From: Actinomycetota bacterium
Lineage (GTDB): Bacteria; Actinomycetota; Actinomycetes; S36-B12
NCBI GenBank assembly: GCA_046047295.1
Contig: JBJOIE010000060.1
Location: 1-31,154 of the forward strand
Length of the DNA: 31,154 bases
Reading direction: 5' to 3'
How positions within the stretch are numbered: position 1 is the stretch's first letter; the number at the start of each line of letters is the position of its first letter. Made by a program: the position numbers and the translations under genes. The notes under the pieces were generated by a model that worked only from the letters and a program-made list of their open reading frames with translations, ran no database searches and had not been told where the DNA came from. Positions 18,930 to 31,154 of this stretch are shown piece after piece.

Positions 18930-19442
18930 TTAGCTCTCTTCCTTCGGGGCCGCGGTCTTCTTCGCGGCAGTCTTCTTGGCTGGTGCCTTCTTGGCGGTGG
19001 TCTTCTCGGCGGTGGCCTTCTTCGCCGGCGCCTTCTTGGCTACCGGCTTCTCCTCGGGCTCAGCAATGGCCTTGGCCACGGCCTTCTTCGAGGGCATGGG
19101 CTTGGTTGCAATGCCATCGCCCACGATCACGGTGATGTGGCTGGAACGCTTGCGGATCCGATAGGCACGGCCCTGGGCGCGTGGGCGGATGCGCTTCATC
19201 GTGGGGCCCTCATCCACGAATGCGGCGGTGACCACGAGCTCGCGAGCATCCATGCCGTGATTGTTCGTGGCATTGGCGATCGCACTTGCAAGAACCTTGC
19301 CCACCGGCTCGCTGGCTGCCTGCGGTGCGAACCGCAGCACTGCCTGCGCATCATTTGCCTGCATCCCACGGATGAGGTCAATGACACGGCGCGCCTTCAT
19401 GGGCGTGACGCGGACGTACCGCGCTTGGGCCCTGGCTTCCAT
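18930..19442 (-). CDS. rplV: 50S ribosomal protein L22 with a Lys/Ala-rich C-terminal tail
   Basis: [20 protein letters not shown]; [18 protein letters not shown]. Start moved to ATG 19442. Confidence 0.98.
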   Translation of the reverse strand: MEARAQARYVRVTPMKARRVIDLIRGMQANDAQAVLRFAPQAASEPVGKVLASAIANATNNHGMDARELVVTAAFVDEGPTMKRIRPRAQGRAYRIRKRSSHITVIVGDGIATKPMPSKKAVAKAIAEPEEKPVAKKAPAKKATAEKTTAKKAPAKKTAAKKTAAPKEES

Positions 19443-19488
19443 CGCTATCCCCTTGCTGTTAGTTACTAATGCTGAAATGTCTCGTGCG

Positions 19489-19770
19489 CTACTTGCGCTT
19501 GGCCTTGCGGTCATCTTTGACGTGGCCGCGGAAGGTGCGCGTGGGTGCAAACTCACCCAGTTTGTGGCCAACCATGTTCTCGGAGATGAACACCGGAACG
19601 TGCTTGCGACCATCGTGCACCGCGATGGTGTGACCGAGCATTGCCGGCACGATCATCGAGCGGCGTGACCAGGTCTTGATCACGTTCTTTGATCCAGTCT
19701 CGTTCGCAACGTCCACCTTCTTCATCAGGTGGCCGTCCACGAAGGGACCCTTCTTCAGGCTACGAGGCAT
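19489..19770 (-). CDS. rpsS: 30S ribosomal protein S19
   Basis: [12 protein letters not shown]; [15 protein letters not shown]. Confidence 0.99.
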   Translation of the reverse strand: MPRSLKKGPFVDGHLMKKVDVANETGSKNVIKTWSRRSMIVPAMLGHTIAVHDGRKHVPVFISENMVGHKLGEFAPTRTFRGHVKDDRKAKRK

Positions 19771-19775
19771 ATCGG

Positions 19776-20612
19776 TTACCGCTTCTTTCCGGTCTTGCGT
19801 CGGCGGACGATGAACTTGTCGCTCGGCTTATTGGACTTACGGGTACGACCCTCGGGCTTGCCAGCCGGGTTCACCGGGTGGCGACCACCTGAGGTCTTAC
19901 CCTCGCCGCCACCATGCGGGTGATCGACGGGGTTCATGGCAACACCGCGAACGGTGGGGCGCTTGCCCTTCCAGCGCATGCGGCCGGCCTTGCCCCAGTT
20001 GATATTGGACTGCTCAGCGTTGCCCACCTCACCGATGGTGGCGCGGGAACGCAGGTCCACGTTGCGGATTTCACCCGACGGCATACGCAACTGGGCGTAC
20101 GGGCCATCCTTAGCCACCAGCTGCACAGACGAACCAGCCGAACGCGCGATCTTTGCTCCGCCCCCGGGCTTGATCTCCACAGCGTGAATCACGGTACCCA
20201 CCGGGATGTTGCGCAGCGGCAGGTTGTTACCGGGCTTGATATCGGAGTTCGGACCGGTCTCGACAACATCGCCCTGCTTCAACTTATTCGGAGCGATGAT
20301 GTAGCGCTTCTCGCCATCGGCAAAGTGCAGGAGTGCGATGCGTGCTGTGCGGTTCGGGTCATATTCGATGTGCGCAACCTTGGCAGGCACGCCGTCTTTA
20401 TCTGCACGCTTGAAATCGATCAAACGGTAGGCGCGCTTGTGGCCGCCGCCTTGATGGCGAGTGGTCACCTTGCCCGAGTTGTTCCGGCCACCCTTGCTGG
20501 TCAACGGACGAACGAGGGACTTCTCCGGCTCGCTTCGCGTGATTTCCACGAAGTCAGCAACACTCGAGCCACGACGGCCCGGGGTTGTCGGCTTGTACTT
20601 ACGGATACCCAT
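19776..20612 (-). CDS. rplB: 50S ribosomal protein L2
   Basis: [14 protein letters not shown]; [21 protein letters not shown]. Confidence 0.99.
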   Translation of the reverse strand: MGIRKYKPTTPGRRGSSVADFVEITRSEPEKSLVRPLTSKGGRNNSGKVTTRHQGGGHKRAYRLIDFKRADKDGVPAKVAHIEYDPNRTARIALLHFADGEKRYIIAPNKLKQGDVVETGPNSDIKPGNNLPLRNIPVGTVIHAVEIKPGGGAKIARSAGSSVQLVAKDGPYAQLRMPSGEIRNVDLRSRATIGEVGNAEQSNINWGKAGRMRWKGKRPTVRGVAMNPVDHPHGGGEGKTSGGRHPVNPAGKPEGRTRKSNKPSDKFIVRRRKTGKKR

Positions 20613-20640
20613 TAGTCAGCTTCTCTCGTTGCGTTGCCGG

Positions 20641-20943
20641 TCAGGAGACCGGTCCTCCGAAGATGTCAATGCGATCACCAGGTGCCACAGAGACGATTGC
20701 TCGCTTGGTTGCAGCGCGCCGACCAAAACCGGTGCGGGTGCGCATGCGCTTGCCTTCGCGGTTGGCGGTGTTCACGGCAATCACCTTGACACCGAAAACC
20801 TGCTCCACTGCGATCTTGATCTGGGTCTTGTTCGCATCGGGAGCAACAATGAAGGTGTACTTGTTCTCGTCGAGAAGGCCGTAGCTCTTCTCCGAGACAA
20901 CCGGTGCGATCAGGATGTCGCGGGGATCGGCGATGGTGGTCAT
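20641..20943 (-). CDS. rplW: 50S ribosomal protein L23
   Basis: PVVSEKSY; [18 protein letters not shown]. Confidence 0.98.
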   Translation of the reverse strand: MTTIADPRDILIAPVVSEKSYGLLDENKYTFIVAPDANKTQIKIAVEQVFGVKVIAVNTANREGKRMRTRTGFGRRAATKRAIVSVAPGDRIDIFGGPVS

Positions 20944-21614
20944 GCCTGCACCTCACTCTCGCTTGCAACGGCCTTGGCCGACTTACCCGCGGCAGGACCC
21001 GCGAGGAAGTTCTCGAGCGCCGCCTTGGTGAAGATCACCTGGTCAGCGACGATGACGTCGTAGGTGTTGAGCTGATCCGGAGCCACGATGGCAACCTCGG
21101 GGAGGTTGCGCATGCTCAGCCATGATGCGGTTTCATCGCGCGCGATAACCACGAGCAGTGAGCCGTCCAGGTTGAGCGCATCCAGGGTGGCAACTGCAGC
21201 CTTGGTGGACGGAGTGTCACCAGCAACAACCTCAGTGATCACGTGGATGCGGCTCTCACGTGCCCGATCCGAAAGCGCGCCACGCAGTGCAGCGGCCTTC
21301 ATCTTCTTGGGTGTGCGCTGCGAGTAATCACGCGGGGTTGGGCCGTGCACCACGCCACCACCGGCGTACTGCGGTGCGCGGATCGAACCCTGGCGGGCGC
21401 GGCCGGTGCCCTTTTGCTTATAAGGCTTGCGGCCACCGCCGCTGACCTCACCGCGTGACTTCGTATCGTGCGTGCCCTGACGAGCCGCGGCGAGCTGGGC
21501 CACCACCACCTGATGAATCAGCGGGATGTTGACCTCAACGTCGAAGATCTCTGCGGGAAGTTCCACCGAACCCGATGCCTTGCCGGCGGGAGTCTTGATA
21601 TCGACAGCGCTCAT
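20940..21614 (-). CDS. rplD: 50S ribosomal protein L4
   Basis: [38 protein letters not shown]. Confidence 0.99.
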   Translation of the reverse strand: MSAVDIKTPAGKASGSVELPAEIFDVEVNIPLIHQVVVAQLAAARQGTHDTKSRGEVSGGGRKPYKQKGTGRARQGSIRAPQYAGGGVVHGPTPRDYSQRTPKKMKAAALRGALSDRARESRIHVITEVVAGDTPSTKAAVATLDALNLDGSLLVVIARDETASWLSMRNLPEVAIVAPDQLNTYDVIVADQVIFTKAALENFLAGPAAGKSAKAVASESEVQA

Positions 21615-21616
21615 GA

Positions 21617-22261
21617 CTATGCCTCCTTCACGGCAGTGGTGACGAAGACGAGGCCGCCCTTGGGGCCGGGTACGGCACCCTTGATGAGCAGTAGACCGCG
21701 ATCGGTATCAACACCAGCGATCTGCAGGTTCTGGGTGGTCTGACGATCACTGCCCATGCGGCCAGCCATCTTCATTCCCTTGAACACCCGACCAGGTGTG
21801 GCACATCCACCGATGGAACCAGCGGAGCGGTGCTTGCGTTCCACGCCGTGGGAGGCGCGGAGGCCGTGGAAGCCGTGGCGCTTCATGACGCCAGCGAAGC
21901 CCTTGCCCTTGGTGGTGCCGGTGACGTCGACGTATTGACCCACCTCGAACACGTCCGGACCGATTTCCTGGCCCAGGGTGTATTCGGTGGCATCGTCGGT
22001 ACGCACTTCAGCGAGGTGACGGCGCGGGGTCACGCCGGCCTTGGCGAAGTGACCAGCAGCAGGCTTGTTGACCTTGCGCGGATCAATTGCACCGAAAGCA
22101 ATCTGCACGGCTGAGTAGCCATCGGTTTCCGGGGTGCGGACCTGGGTCACCACACAGGGGCCGGCCTTGACCACGGTCACGGGGATAACACGACTGTTGT
22201 CGTCCCAGACCTGGGTCATGCCGAGCTTCTCGCCCAGTACACCCTTCACATTGGTAGCCAT
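21617..22261 (-). CDS. rplC: 50S ribosomal protein L3
   Basis: [10 protein letters not shown]; [15 protein letters not shown]; [15 protein letters not shown]. Start moved to ATG 22261. Confidence 0.99.
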   Translation of the reverse strand: MATNVKGVLGEKLGMTQVWDDNSRVIPVTVVKAGPCVVTQVRTPETDGYSAVQIAFGAIDPRKVNKPAAGHFAKAGVTPRRHLAEVRTDDATEYTLGQEIGPDVFEVGQYVDVTGTTKGKGFAGVMKRHGFHGLRASHGVERKHRSAGSIGGCATPGRVFKGMKMAGRMGSDRQTTQNLQIAGVDTDRGLLLIKGAVPGPKGGLVFVTTAVKEA

Positions 22262-22274
22262 GACGTAGATGTCC

Positions 22275-22583
22275 TTACAGCTTGATCTCGATGTCAACGC
22301 CGGCCGGAAGGTCCAGACGCATGAGGGAATCAACGGTCTTGGGCGTGGGATCGAGGATGTCGATCAAACGCTTGTGGGTGCGCATCTCGAAGTGCTCACG
22401 GCTGTCCTTGTACTTGTGCGGTGAGCGGATGACGCAGTACACGTTCTTCTCTGTGGGCAACGGCACGGGTCCGGCCACCTGGGCGCCGGTACGGGTCACC
22501 GTCTCCACGATCTTCTTCGCGGAGGAATCAATGACCTCGTGGTCATAGGCCTTGAGCCGAATGCGGATCTTCTGTCCCGCCAT
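22275..22583 (-). CDS. rpsJ: 30S ribosomal protein S10
   Basis: [11 protein letters not shown]; GPVPLPT; [24 protein letters not shown]. Confidence 0.99.
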   Translation of the reverse strand: MAGQKIRIRLKAYDHEVIDSSAKKIVETVTRTGAQVAGPVPLPTEKNVYCVIRSPHKYKDSREHFEMRTHKRLIDILDPTPKTVDSLMRLDLPAGVDIEIKL

Positions 22584-22661
22584 GGTGGCTGTGTCCTTAC
22601 TCGAGTAGTTGTGCCGCTTACCTAATAAACGTGCTTGTTCAGTTCTGGCCTTGCTGGTGAT

Positions 22662-22698
22662 TTCGCGGCGGGCACTGGATCGCAGTGCCCGCCACGAA
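22662..22698 (-). terminator. Strong stem-loop after tuf
   Basis: ggcgggcactg / cagtgcccgcc perfect 11-bp stem with 5-nt loop; extends to 16 bp on the mRNA with one U-G pair. No clear U-tract. Confidence 0.65.
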
Positions 22699-22718
22699 GT
22701 TCACGGGTGATGCAGGTG

Positions 22719-23915
22719 CTACTTCAGGATCTTCGTCACGCGACCGGCGCCGACGGTGCGGCCACCCTCACGGATTGCGAAGCGCAGACCCTCTTCCATG
22801 GCGATGGGCTGGATCAGCTCAACGCGCATGTCGGTGTTGTCACCGGGCATCACCATGTCCTTGCCGTCTGGCAAGTGAACGACGCCAGTGACGTCGGTGG
22901 TGCGGAAGTAGAACTGCGGGCGGTAGTTGTCGAAGAACGGGGTGTGACGTCCGCCTTCATCCTTGGACAGGATGTAGACCTGAGCCTCGAACTCGGTGTG
23001 CGGGGTGATGGAACCCGGCTTGCAGCACACCTGGCCGCGCTCTACGTCCTCGCGCTTGGTACCGCGGAGGAGCAGACCCACGTTCTCGCCAGCCTGGCCC
23101 TCGTCGAGGAGCTTGCGGAACATTTCCACGCCGGTGACCGTGGTCTTCTGACCGGGGCCGGGGCGGATACCCACGATTTCGATTTCCTCGTTGACCTTGA
23201 CGATGCCGCGCTCGATACGACCAGTGACAACGGTGCCACGGCCGGTGATGGTGAACACGTCTTCGATCGGCATGAGGAAGGGCTTGTCAACCTCGCGCTC
23301 GGGGGTGGCGATGTATTCATCAACCGCGCCCATGAGCTCCATGATCGAATCTGCCCACTTCGCGTCACCATTGAGCGCCGGGAAGGCAGCCACGCGAACC
23401 ACGGGAACATCGTCACCGGGGAACTCGTAGGTGTTGAGGAGCTCGCGCACCTCCATTTCGACGAGCTCGATGAGCTCTTCGTCATCGACCATGTCGCACT
23501 TGTTGAGTGCAACCACGATTGCGGGCACACCGACCTGGCGAGCCAGGAGCACGTGCTCCTTGGTCTGCGGCATCGGGCCATCGGTGGCGGCAACCACGAG
23601 GATCGCGCCGTCCATCTGTGCCGCACCAGTGATCATGTTCTTGATGTAGTCGGCGTGACCGGGGCAGTCCACGTGTGCGTAGTGGCGTGCTTCGGTCTGG
23701 TACTCGACGTGTGCGATCGAGATGGTGATACCACGTTGACGCTCTTCAGGGGCCTTATCGATTTCGTCGAAAGGCGTGAAGGGGTTGACGTCTGGGTAAC
23801 GATCGTGCAGCACCTTGGTAATCGCAGCGGTCAACGTGGTCTTGCCATGGTCAATGTGACCAATGGTTCCGATGTTGATGTGCGGCTTGGTGCGCTCAAA
23901 CTTGGCCTTGGCCAC
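22719..23915 (-). CDS. tuf: Elongation factor Tu
   Basis: [12 protein letters not shown]; RGITI; DCPGHADY; NKCD. Confidence 0.99.
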   Translation of the reverse strand: MAKAKFERTKPHINIGTIGHIDHGKTTLTAAITKVLHDRYPDVNPFTPFDEIDKAPEERQRGITISIAHVEYQTEARHYAHVDCPGHADYIKNMITGAAQMDGAILVVAATDGPMPQTKEHVLLARQVGVPAIVVALNKCDMVDDEELIELVEMEVRELLNTYEFPGDDVPVVRVAAFPALNGDAKWADSIMELMGAVDEYIATPEREVDKPFLMPIEDVFTITGRGTVVTGRIERGIVKVNEEIEIVGIRPGPGQKTTVTGVEMFRKLLDEGQAGENVGLLLRGTKREDVERGQVCCKPGSITPHTEFEAQVYILSKDEGGRHTPFFDNYRPQFYFRTTDVTGVVHLPDGKDMVMPGDNTDMRVELIQPIAMEEGLRFAIREGGRTVGAGRVTKILK

Positions 23916-23996
23916 CTGAGTTCTCCCTTGTGTTTGCCGTCCGGCGTTGCGCGGATCGGATTGTGCGTGTTTGTTTATTTGTTTGTTGATCCGCGA

Positions 23997-26096
<2,100 letters not shown>

Positions 26097-26144
26097 GATC
26101 TGCTCCGTTGGGGTTGGGGCCTGGTGGGCGGTGGTTGTGGGTGC

Positions 26145-26615
26145 TTACCAGCGGTAGTGGGCGAATGCCTTGTTGGATTCGGCCATCTTGTGGGTGTCTT
26201 CGCGCTTCTTCACAGCGGCGCCAAGACCATTCGATGCATCGAGGATCTCGTTCATCAAACGCTCCGTCATCGTCTTCTCACGACGCTGACGTGAGTATCC
26301 GATGAGCCAACGCAGGGCCAAGGTGGTGCTACGGCCGGGCTTAACTTCCACGGGAACCTGGTAGGTGGCACCACCCACGCGGCGGGAACGAACTTCGAGC
26401 GTGGGGCGCACATTGTCAAGTGCACGCTTGAGCGTCTGTACCGGATCGGTACCAGTCTTGACGCGGCAGCCTTCAAGGGCGCCGTAGACCACGGACTCAG
26501 CCTTGGAGCGCTTGCCGTCGAGGAGAACCTTGTTGATGAGCTGGGTGACCAGCGGTGACTGATACACCGGATCAATAACGAGCGGCCGCTTCGGTGCGGG
26601 TCCCTTGCGAGGCAT
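26145..26615 (-). CDS. rpsG: 30S ribosomal protein S7
   Basis: [10 protein letters not shown]; [15 protein letters not shown]; [15 protein letters not shown]. Confidence 0.99.
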   Translation of the reverse strand: MPRKGPAPKRPLVIDPVYQSPLVTQLINKVLLDGKRSKAESVVYGALEGCRVKTGTDPVQTLKRALDNVRPTLEVRSRRVGGATYQVPVEVKPGRSTTLALRWLIGYSRQRREKTMTERLMNEILDASNGLGAAVKKREDTHKMAESNKAFAHYRW

Positions 26616-26989
26616 TAGCCCTTCTCCTTCTTCGCGCCGTAGCGGGAACGAGCCTGCTTGCGGTTCTTCACACCCTGGGTGTCGAGGGCGCCGCGGATGA
26701 CCTTGTAACGAACACCGGGAAGATCGCGCACGCGGCCACCGCGCACGAGCACGATCGAGTGCTCCTGGAGGTTGTGGCCCACGCCGGGGATGTAGGCGGT
26801 GATTTCCACACCGGAGGTCAGGCGAACACGGGCCACCTTGCGGAGCGCTGAGTTCGGCTTCTTGGGAGTGGTGGTGTAGACGCGCGTGCAGACCCCACGC
26901 CGCTGCGGGCTGCCCTTGAGGGCCGGGGCCTTGTTCTTCGAGACCTTGTCCTGCCGACCCTTACGGACCAGCTGCTGGATGGTTGGCAC
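26615..26989 (-). CDS. rpsL: 30S ribosomal protein S12 (Arg at position 88)
   Basis: [17 protein letters not shown]; GHNLQEHS; [12 protein letters not shown]. Confidence 0.99.
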   Translation of the reverse strand: MPTIQQLVRKGRQDKVSKNKAPALKGSPQRRGVCTRVYTTTPKKPNSALRKVARVRLTSGVEITAYIPGVGHNLQEHSIVLVRGGRVRDLPGVRYKVIRGALDTQGVKNRKQARSRYGAKKEKG

Positions 26990-27035
26990 TCGCGTGTCTC
27001 CTTATTTATGTCCCAAGTTCCTATGGTGCCGAGAT

Positions 27036-27175
27036 CCGACCCACGCGGTCGGGTGTGTCGCGACTTTCCCTCAGGAAAGGGCGACAACCTTGTGGGGAGC
27101 GTCCCTCGGCGTTGTGCGCCGCGTTTACGCGCTTACGGGGAAGTGCGCACACGCAAGTGCCAGGTACCACCGGGC
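27036..27175 (-). promoter_or_regulatory. Structured 5' UTR of the rpsL-rpsG-fusA-tuf operon
   Basis: mRNA hairpins GUGCC..GGCAC near the 5' end, CUUUCC-UGAG-GGAAAG, and CCGACC-GCGUG-GGUCGG (27036-27052) preceded by CGACAC. Confidence 0.4.
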
Positions 27176-27185
27176 ACGGGGTGGA

Positions 27186-27214
27186 ACATTACCTGGTGGC
27201 ACTCCACCGGTCAA
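27186..27214 (-). promoter_or_regulatory. Housekeeping sigma70/HrdB-type promoter of the str operon
   Basis: TTGACC (27214-27209), 17-bp spacer, TAATGT (27191-27186) preceded by GG. Confidence 0.75.
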
Positions 27215-27227
27215 AACCGGGGTACCT

Positions 27228-27605
27228 CTAGGCGGACATGCCCCCGGCAACGGCGACCAAGACGACCAGCAGGATGCCCAAAACGACCACCGCCGCGGTG
27301 ACGCCGATATTGATCCAGGCCACTACCACGGACGCGGTGACCATGCCATCTCCACCCACGCGCCCCTGGGACGCAGCGATTTCCTTCTTGGCGTTATTGG
27401 CAAATACCAGGGCAACGATCGCCGGAATCAGGGGGCAAATCACCCATGAGGCAATGGCCAGAACCAGGGCAACGATGGCGTTATTCGAGGTCTTCGGGGC
27501 CACGAGATACGGGCCGGTCCCTGACGGAATCTCATAACCGGCACTGGGCCAGGTGGCCGGTGGCTGGTCCGTGGGCTCGGGCTGCTGGGGAGTCTGCTCG
27601 CTCAT
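27228..27605 (-). CDS. DUF4190-like membrane protein
   Basis: Pro/Gln-rich N-terminus, then KTSNNAIVALVLAIAS...IPAIVALVFA..AKKEI.ASQGRVGGDGMVTASVVVAWI. Start moved to ATG 27605. Confidence 0.7.
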   Translation of the reverse strand: MSEQTPQQPEPTDQPPATWPSAGYEIPSGTGPYLVAPKTSNNAIVALVLAIASWVICPLIPAIVALVFANNAKKEIAASQGRVGGDGMVTASVVVAWINIGVTAAVVVLGILLVVLVAVAGGMSA

Positions 27606-27615
27606 GGCTCCATCT

Positions 27616-29094
27616 TCACATAGACCGGGCGCGTGCTGCCGCTCGATGGGCCGCTCTTCGTCGCAGTTCCTCATCGTGATGGGCCAGATCCGTAATCCCC
27701 TGGGCTACGGCGGTCACGATTTCAGCCACCTCTTCAGTGGCAAAGACCCAATCGCTCACGTGGAGGTCCGAATCTGCCAGCCATTGCAGGATCAAGGCAT
27801 CACCCATCTGGCTCGCACTCGTGGCCGCTCGGTAATGCGGGATGAGTGCAGCGAAGGCCAGGCCCAAGGCCGGAAGCCCGCCACCGAGTGCTGCGAGCGC
27901 CGGATCATTGGCCGGTAAGTGCACGGAGATGTATTCGGCACCGGAGTGCCGAAGATCGGCAAGGGAGTTATCCAGGTACTCGATGAGGTCGGCTCCGAGC
28001 GTGAGGACTTCAATCACTCCCCCGTGATTGCTGGAGTCGTAACTCACGTTCGCCTGGGTGAGGATCGAGGGAACAGCGTCTACTCCTGCACCAAGCACAC
28101 GTGGCCACTGCGCTTGCTGCACAACGCGCTGCGCAAGTCCCTGATACGGCTTAGGAATGTAGAGGACCGCATTCACTAGCGGCTGCAACGCACTAAATGC
28201 CACACAGAGTGAATCGCGCTCGTGCACTACTCCATCGGTAATACCCACTTGCGCAATCGGGTGACGAATATGTGGATAGGCACCAACGATGGTGGCTCCC
28301 TCTGCAAGCGCCATTTTCTGCGTAGCCGGGTGGGTTAGCACGGGTTCGCGTACACGTCCGATGACGTTCGTTGCGTGCAAACGAGTCAGAAGTCGTTCCC
28401 CGAGTTGCTTAGCAAGCCCTCGTCCACGAAATCGGGGATCGGTAACAGTGCCACCGGTTTCCACGCAGGTTGGCGAAAGGTAGACCGCACCCCAGTGCGC
28501 TGCGATCATTCCAGATTCCGTTACCGCCACCTCGCCAATACGAGTTCCCGCGAGGATGGCCTGGGTAATGCGCTCAGGAAAGTACATATCCGCATTCGGA
28601 TAACTCCATCCGTAAGACCGGTAGATAGCTTTCGCCAGTTCGCCCGCGTCATCGGGCAAAAGCTCCCTGATGGTGACGTCTTCCGCGCTGAGCGCGCTTG
28701 CCTCATCGTGGCGTTCCACTTCGCTCACCACTGCGTGATGTGCGGGGAGCGCAAAATGCACTTCGATCACATTGCCGCTGACATCGTTAGCTACCGAGAT
28801 TGAACTCGCCAGACCTTCGCGGACTAATGCGATCACCGAGGGCGGCGGCGCAAGTAGGGGTTCACCCTTATCTCGGACCGTCAACATCATCTGAGTGCCA
28901 AGGGCGCGAGCATCCAAGCTGAGAGATGGTTCCTCCTCGCCACCAGCGAGCCGCGCCTGCGCATCTTCGGCAACGGCCTTGGTCACCAGGGCTGCACCTT
29001 CACCGTTGCCACCGAGCAACGCAACGGCAGTGCGCATTGTTGCCACCATGACAACGATGCCATCGACATCTGCGCGTGCAGATAACTCAAACAT
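27616..29094 (-). CDS. GNAT acetyltransferase fused to a degenerate RsbW/HATPase-like N-terminal domain
   Basis: GNAT motif A TVTDPRFRGRGLA. N-terminal LTVRDKGEP (G1-like) and SGNVIEV (G-box-like). C-terminal alpha/beta region of unknown identity. Confidence 0.65.
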   Translation of the reverse strand: MFELSARADVDGIVVMVATMRTAVALLGGNGEGAALVTKAVAEDAQARLAGGEEEPSLSLDARALGTQMMLTVRDKGEPLLAPPPSVIALVREGLASSISVANDVSGNVIEVHFALPAHHAVVSEVERHDEASALSAEDVTIRELLPDDAGELAKAIYRSYGWSYPNADMYFPERITQAILAGTRIGEVAVTESGMIAAHWGAVYLSPTCVETGGTVTDPRFRGRGLAKQLGERLLTRLHATNVIGRVREPVLTHPATQKMALAEGATIVGAYPHIRHPIAQVGITDGVVHERDSLCVAFSALQPLVNAVLYIPKPYQGLAQRVVQQAQWPRVLGAGVDAVPSILTQANVSYDSSNHGGVIEVLTLGADLIEYLDNSLADLRHSGAEYISVHLPANDPALAALGGGLPALGLAFAALIPHYRAATSASQMGDALILQWLADSDLHVSDWVFATEEVAEIVTAVAQGITDLAHHDEELRRRAAHRAAARARSM

Positions 29095-29147
29095 GAAGCA
29101 AACCTATTCCTGGCTGTCGTTCATGGGATCGCACACAAGGGAACGCA

Positions 29148-29191
29148 CAAAAAGTCGAAGGGGGGATAGGCACATGCCTATCCCCCCTTCG
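29148..29191 (-). terminator. Intrinsic terminator after rpoC
   Basis: Perfect 16-bp stem cgaaggggggataggc / gcctatccccccttcg with 4-nt loop, followed on the mRNA by acUUUUU. Confidence 0.9.
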
Positions 29192-29201
29192 CGATGAACT
29201 T

Positions 29202-31154
29202 CTAGTAGCGGTAATCGAACTCTTCCAGCGGGACGGCTGCACCCGAGGATGCACCGAATGCGCTGTAGTCGAGATCGTCATAACCGGTGAAGGATGCGTA
29301 GACCGCGGCCTTGGCTTCCTCTGTTGGCTCCACCCGAACATTGCGGTACTGCGGCATGCCGGTGCCGGCCGGGATGAGCTTGCCCAGGATGACGTTCTCC
29401 TTGAGGCCGAGGAGCGGATCGCTCTTGGCGTGAATCGCAGCATCGGTGAGCACGCGGGTGGTCTCCTGGAAGGACGCCGCGGACAACCAGGACTCAGTTG
29501 CCAGCGATGCCTTAGTGATACCCATCAGCTCGGGACGTCCCGATGCAGGGGTGCCACCCTCGGCAACCACACGGCGGTTCTCCGCCTCGAAGAGTTGACG
29601 ATCCACGAGTTCACCAGCAAGGAACGGTGAATCACCGGACTCGATGATGGTGATGCGCTTAAGCATCTGGCGGACGATCACCTCGATGTGCTTATCGTGG
29701 ATAGACACACCCTGTGAGCGGTACACCTCCTGGACCTGATCCACCAGGTGGAGCTGCACCTGGCGCATGCCCAGGATGCGCAGTACCTGCTTGGGATCCA
29801 CGGCACCCACGGTGAGCTGCGTGCCCACGGTGACGTGCTGCCCATCTTCAACGAGCAAGCGCACACGCTTGGACACCTGCTCTGCGATCTCCTCGCCGCC
29901 ATCGTCTGGGATGACGATGATTTTGCGGGTCTTATCCCCATCTTCGATGCGGATTCGGCCGGTGACTTCGGCGATCGGCGCAACACCCTTGGGGGTGCGA
30001 GCCTCGAAGAGTTCCACCACGCGGGGCAGACCATGCGTGATGTCTTCACCTGCCACACCACCGGTGTGGAAGGTACGCATCGTCAGCTGGGTACCGGGCT
30101 CACCGATGGACTGCGCGGCGATGATGCCCACGGCTTCGCCCACATCCACCAATTTGCCGGTGGCCATGGACTTGCCGTAGCACATCGCGCAAGTACCCAC
30201 CGAGCTCTCGCAGGTGAGCACGGTGCGCACGCGCACCTTGTCTGCACCCTGAGCAACAAGTTCCTCAGCGCGCGGGGTGGTCATCTCTTCACCCGCCTGT
30301 GCGATGACATTGCCGTCAACGACAACATCACGGGCGAGTACGCGGGAGGCAACCGTGGAATCAAGGTTGTCGGCCGGACGGAGTTTTCCGTCAACCTCCA
30401 CGCCGATGATCACTTCATTGCCACGCTCGGTTCCACAATCCACCTCGCGCACGATCACGTCTTGGGAGACGTCAACGAGGCGACGGGTGAGGTAACCCGA
30501 GTCCGCGGTACGCAGTGCGGTATCCGCCAGGCCCTTACGCGCGCCGTGGGTGGAGATGAAGTACTCCAACACCGACAAGCCTTCACGGAAGTTTGACTTG
30601 ATCGGACGCGGGATGATCTCGCCCTTCGGGTTGGCCACCAGACCGCGCATACCCGCGATCTGACGCACCTGCATGTAGTTACCGCGTGCACCCGAATCAA
30701 CCATCATGTGAACCGGGTTGTTGCGCGGGAAGTGATCCTGCATTGCCTTGGCTACTTCATCGGTGGCGCGGGTCCAGATTTCGATGAGTTCCTGGCGGCG
30801 CTCGGAATCGGTGATCAAGCCGCGGTCATATTGCTGTTGAACCTTGGCGGCTTTCTCTTCGGCTGCACCGAGTAGTGCGGCCTTCTCCGGTGGGGTCACC
30901 ACATCGGAGATGGAGATCGTGACACCTGAACGCGTAGCCCAGTGGAAGCCCAATGCCTTGAGCTGATCCAGGGTCTCGGCCACATCAACCTTTGAATAGA
31001 CCTCGGACATCTTGTTGACCACCGCGCCAAGCACCTTCTTATCCACCAAGGTGTTGACGTAGGGATAATCCGCCGGGAGCGCTTCGTTGAACAGTGCCCG
31101 GCCCAGGGTGGTGGTAAGGATGAACGGCTTGCCCGGTTCCCAACCAGCCGGTGC
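29202..31154 (-). CDS. rpoC: RNA polymerase beta' subunit (5'-truncated by window edge)
   Basis: Frame open to the window end. [25 protein letters not shown]; [21 protein letters not shown]; [12 protein letters not shown]; GLKENVILG. Confidence 0.99.
   Translation of the reverse strand, partial: APAGWEPGKPFILTTTLGRALFNEALPADYPYVNTLVDKKVLGAVVNKMSEVYSKVDVAETLDQLKALGFHWATRSGVTISISDVVTPPEKAALLGAAEEKAAKVQQQYDRGLITDSERRQELIEIWTRATDEVAKAMQDHFPRNNPVHMMVDSGARGNYMQVRQIAGMRGLVANPKGEIIPRPIKSNFREGLSVLEYFISTHGARKGLADTALRTADSGYLTRRLVDVSQDVIVREVDCGTERGNEVIIGVEVDGKLRPADNLDSTVASRVLARDVVVDGNVIAQAGEEMTTPRAEELVAQGADKVRVRTVLTCESSVGTCAMCYGKSMATGKLVDVGEAVGIIAAQSIGEPGTQLTMRTFHTGGVAGEDITHGLPRVVELFEARTPKGVAPIAEVTGRIRIEDGDKTRKIIVIPDDGGEEIAEQVSKRVRLLVEDGQHVTVGTQLTVGAVDPKQVLRILGMRQVQLHLVDQVQEVYRSQGVSIHDKHIEVIVRQMLKRITIIESGDSPFLAGELVDRQLFEAENRRVVAEGGTPASGRPELMGITKASLATESWLSAASFQETTRVLTDAAIHAKSDPLLGLKENVILGKLIPAGTGMPQYRNVRVEPTEEAKAAVYASFTGYDDLDYSAFGASSGAAVPLEEFDYRY

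Noticed and set aside
22598-22607. Perfect palindrome TACTCGAGTA next to the rpsJ SD
   Set aside because: About 30 palindromes of 10 bp are expected by chance in this window, and there is no loop for a stable hairpin.
22719-23915. Possible elfamycin or thiopeptide resistance alleles in EF-Tu
   Set aside because: Positions equivalent to E. coli G257, G275 and A375 are wild type (VTGVEM, ENVGLL, RFAIRE).
23969-23988. (AAAC)-like low-complexity run upstream of tuf
   Set aside because: Short and imperfect; consistent with an ordinary unstructured translation-enhancer region.
29104-29124. In-frame mini-ORF MNDSQE* ending in TAG three codons before the GNAT-fusion ATG (possible uORF or readthrough)
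   Set aside because: No SD for this ATG; the downstream ATG has its own AGGA/TAGG and starts at the apparent domain boundary; no evidence for amber recoding.
29748-30596. 282-aa plus-strand ORF, and the other long ORFs opposite ribosomal genes (e.g. 10932-11696, 19914-20615, 6302-6856)
   Set aside because: All lie antisense or out of frame to conserved essential genes; expected artefacts in GC-rich DNA.

Overview
High-GC actinobacterial chromosome segment (mostly about 60-65% GC by spot counts). Positions ~5.5-31.2 kb hold the minus-strand core transcription/translation supercluster in Streptomyces/Nocardioides-like order: rpoC (3' part), two accessory genes, rpsL-rpsG-fusA-tuf, the full S10 and spc clusters, secY-adk-map, infA-rpmJ-rpsM-rpsK-rpsD-rpoA-rplQ-truA. 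No frameshifts or missing genes were seen; rpmJ is absent from the ORF track only because it is short. Accessory content lies at 1-5.5 kb (secreted beta-propeller protein, MFS-amidohydrolase-cupin operon, vapBC) and between rpoC and rpsL (degenerate RsbW-like ATPase-GNAT fusion, DUF4190-like membrane protein). No rRNA, tRNA, CRISPR array, integrase or transposase was recognised. I cannot support a large new multi-gene system here. The best leads are smaller: a ~130-bp palindrome built from 22-bp subrepeats after map, a fixed K88R substitution in S12, the ATPase-like/GNAT fusion, a Cys-paired basic C-terminal module on the secreted propeller, an S8-binding-site mimic before rpsH, a candidate pseudoknot before rpsM, and a compositionally mosaic truA. 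All family assignments come from motif recognition, not database searches.
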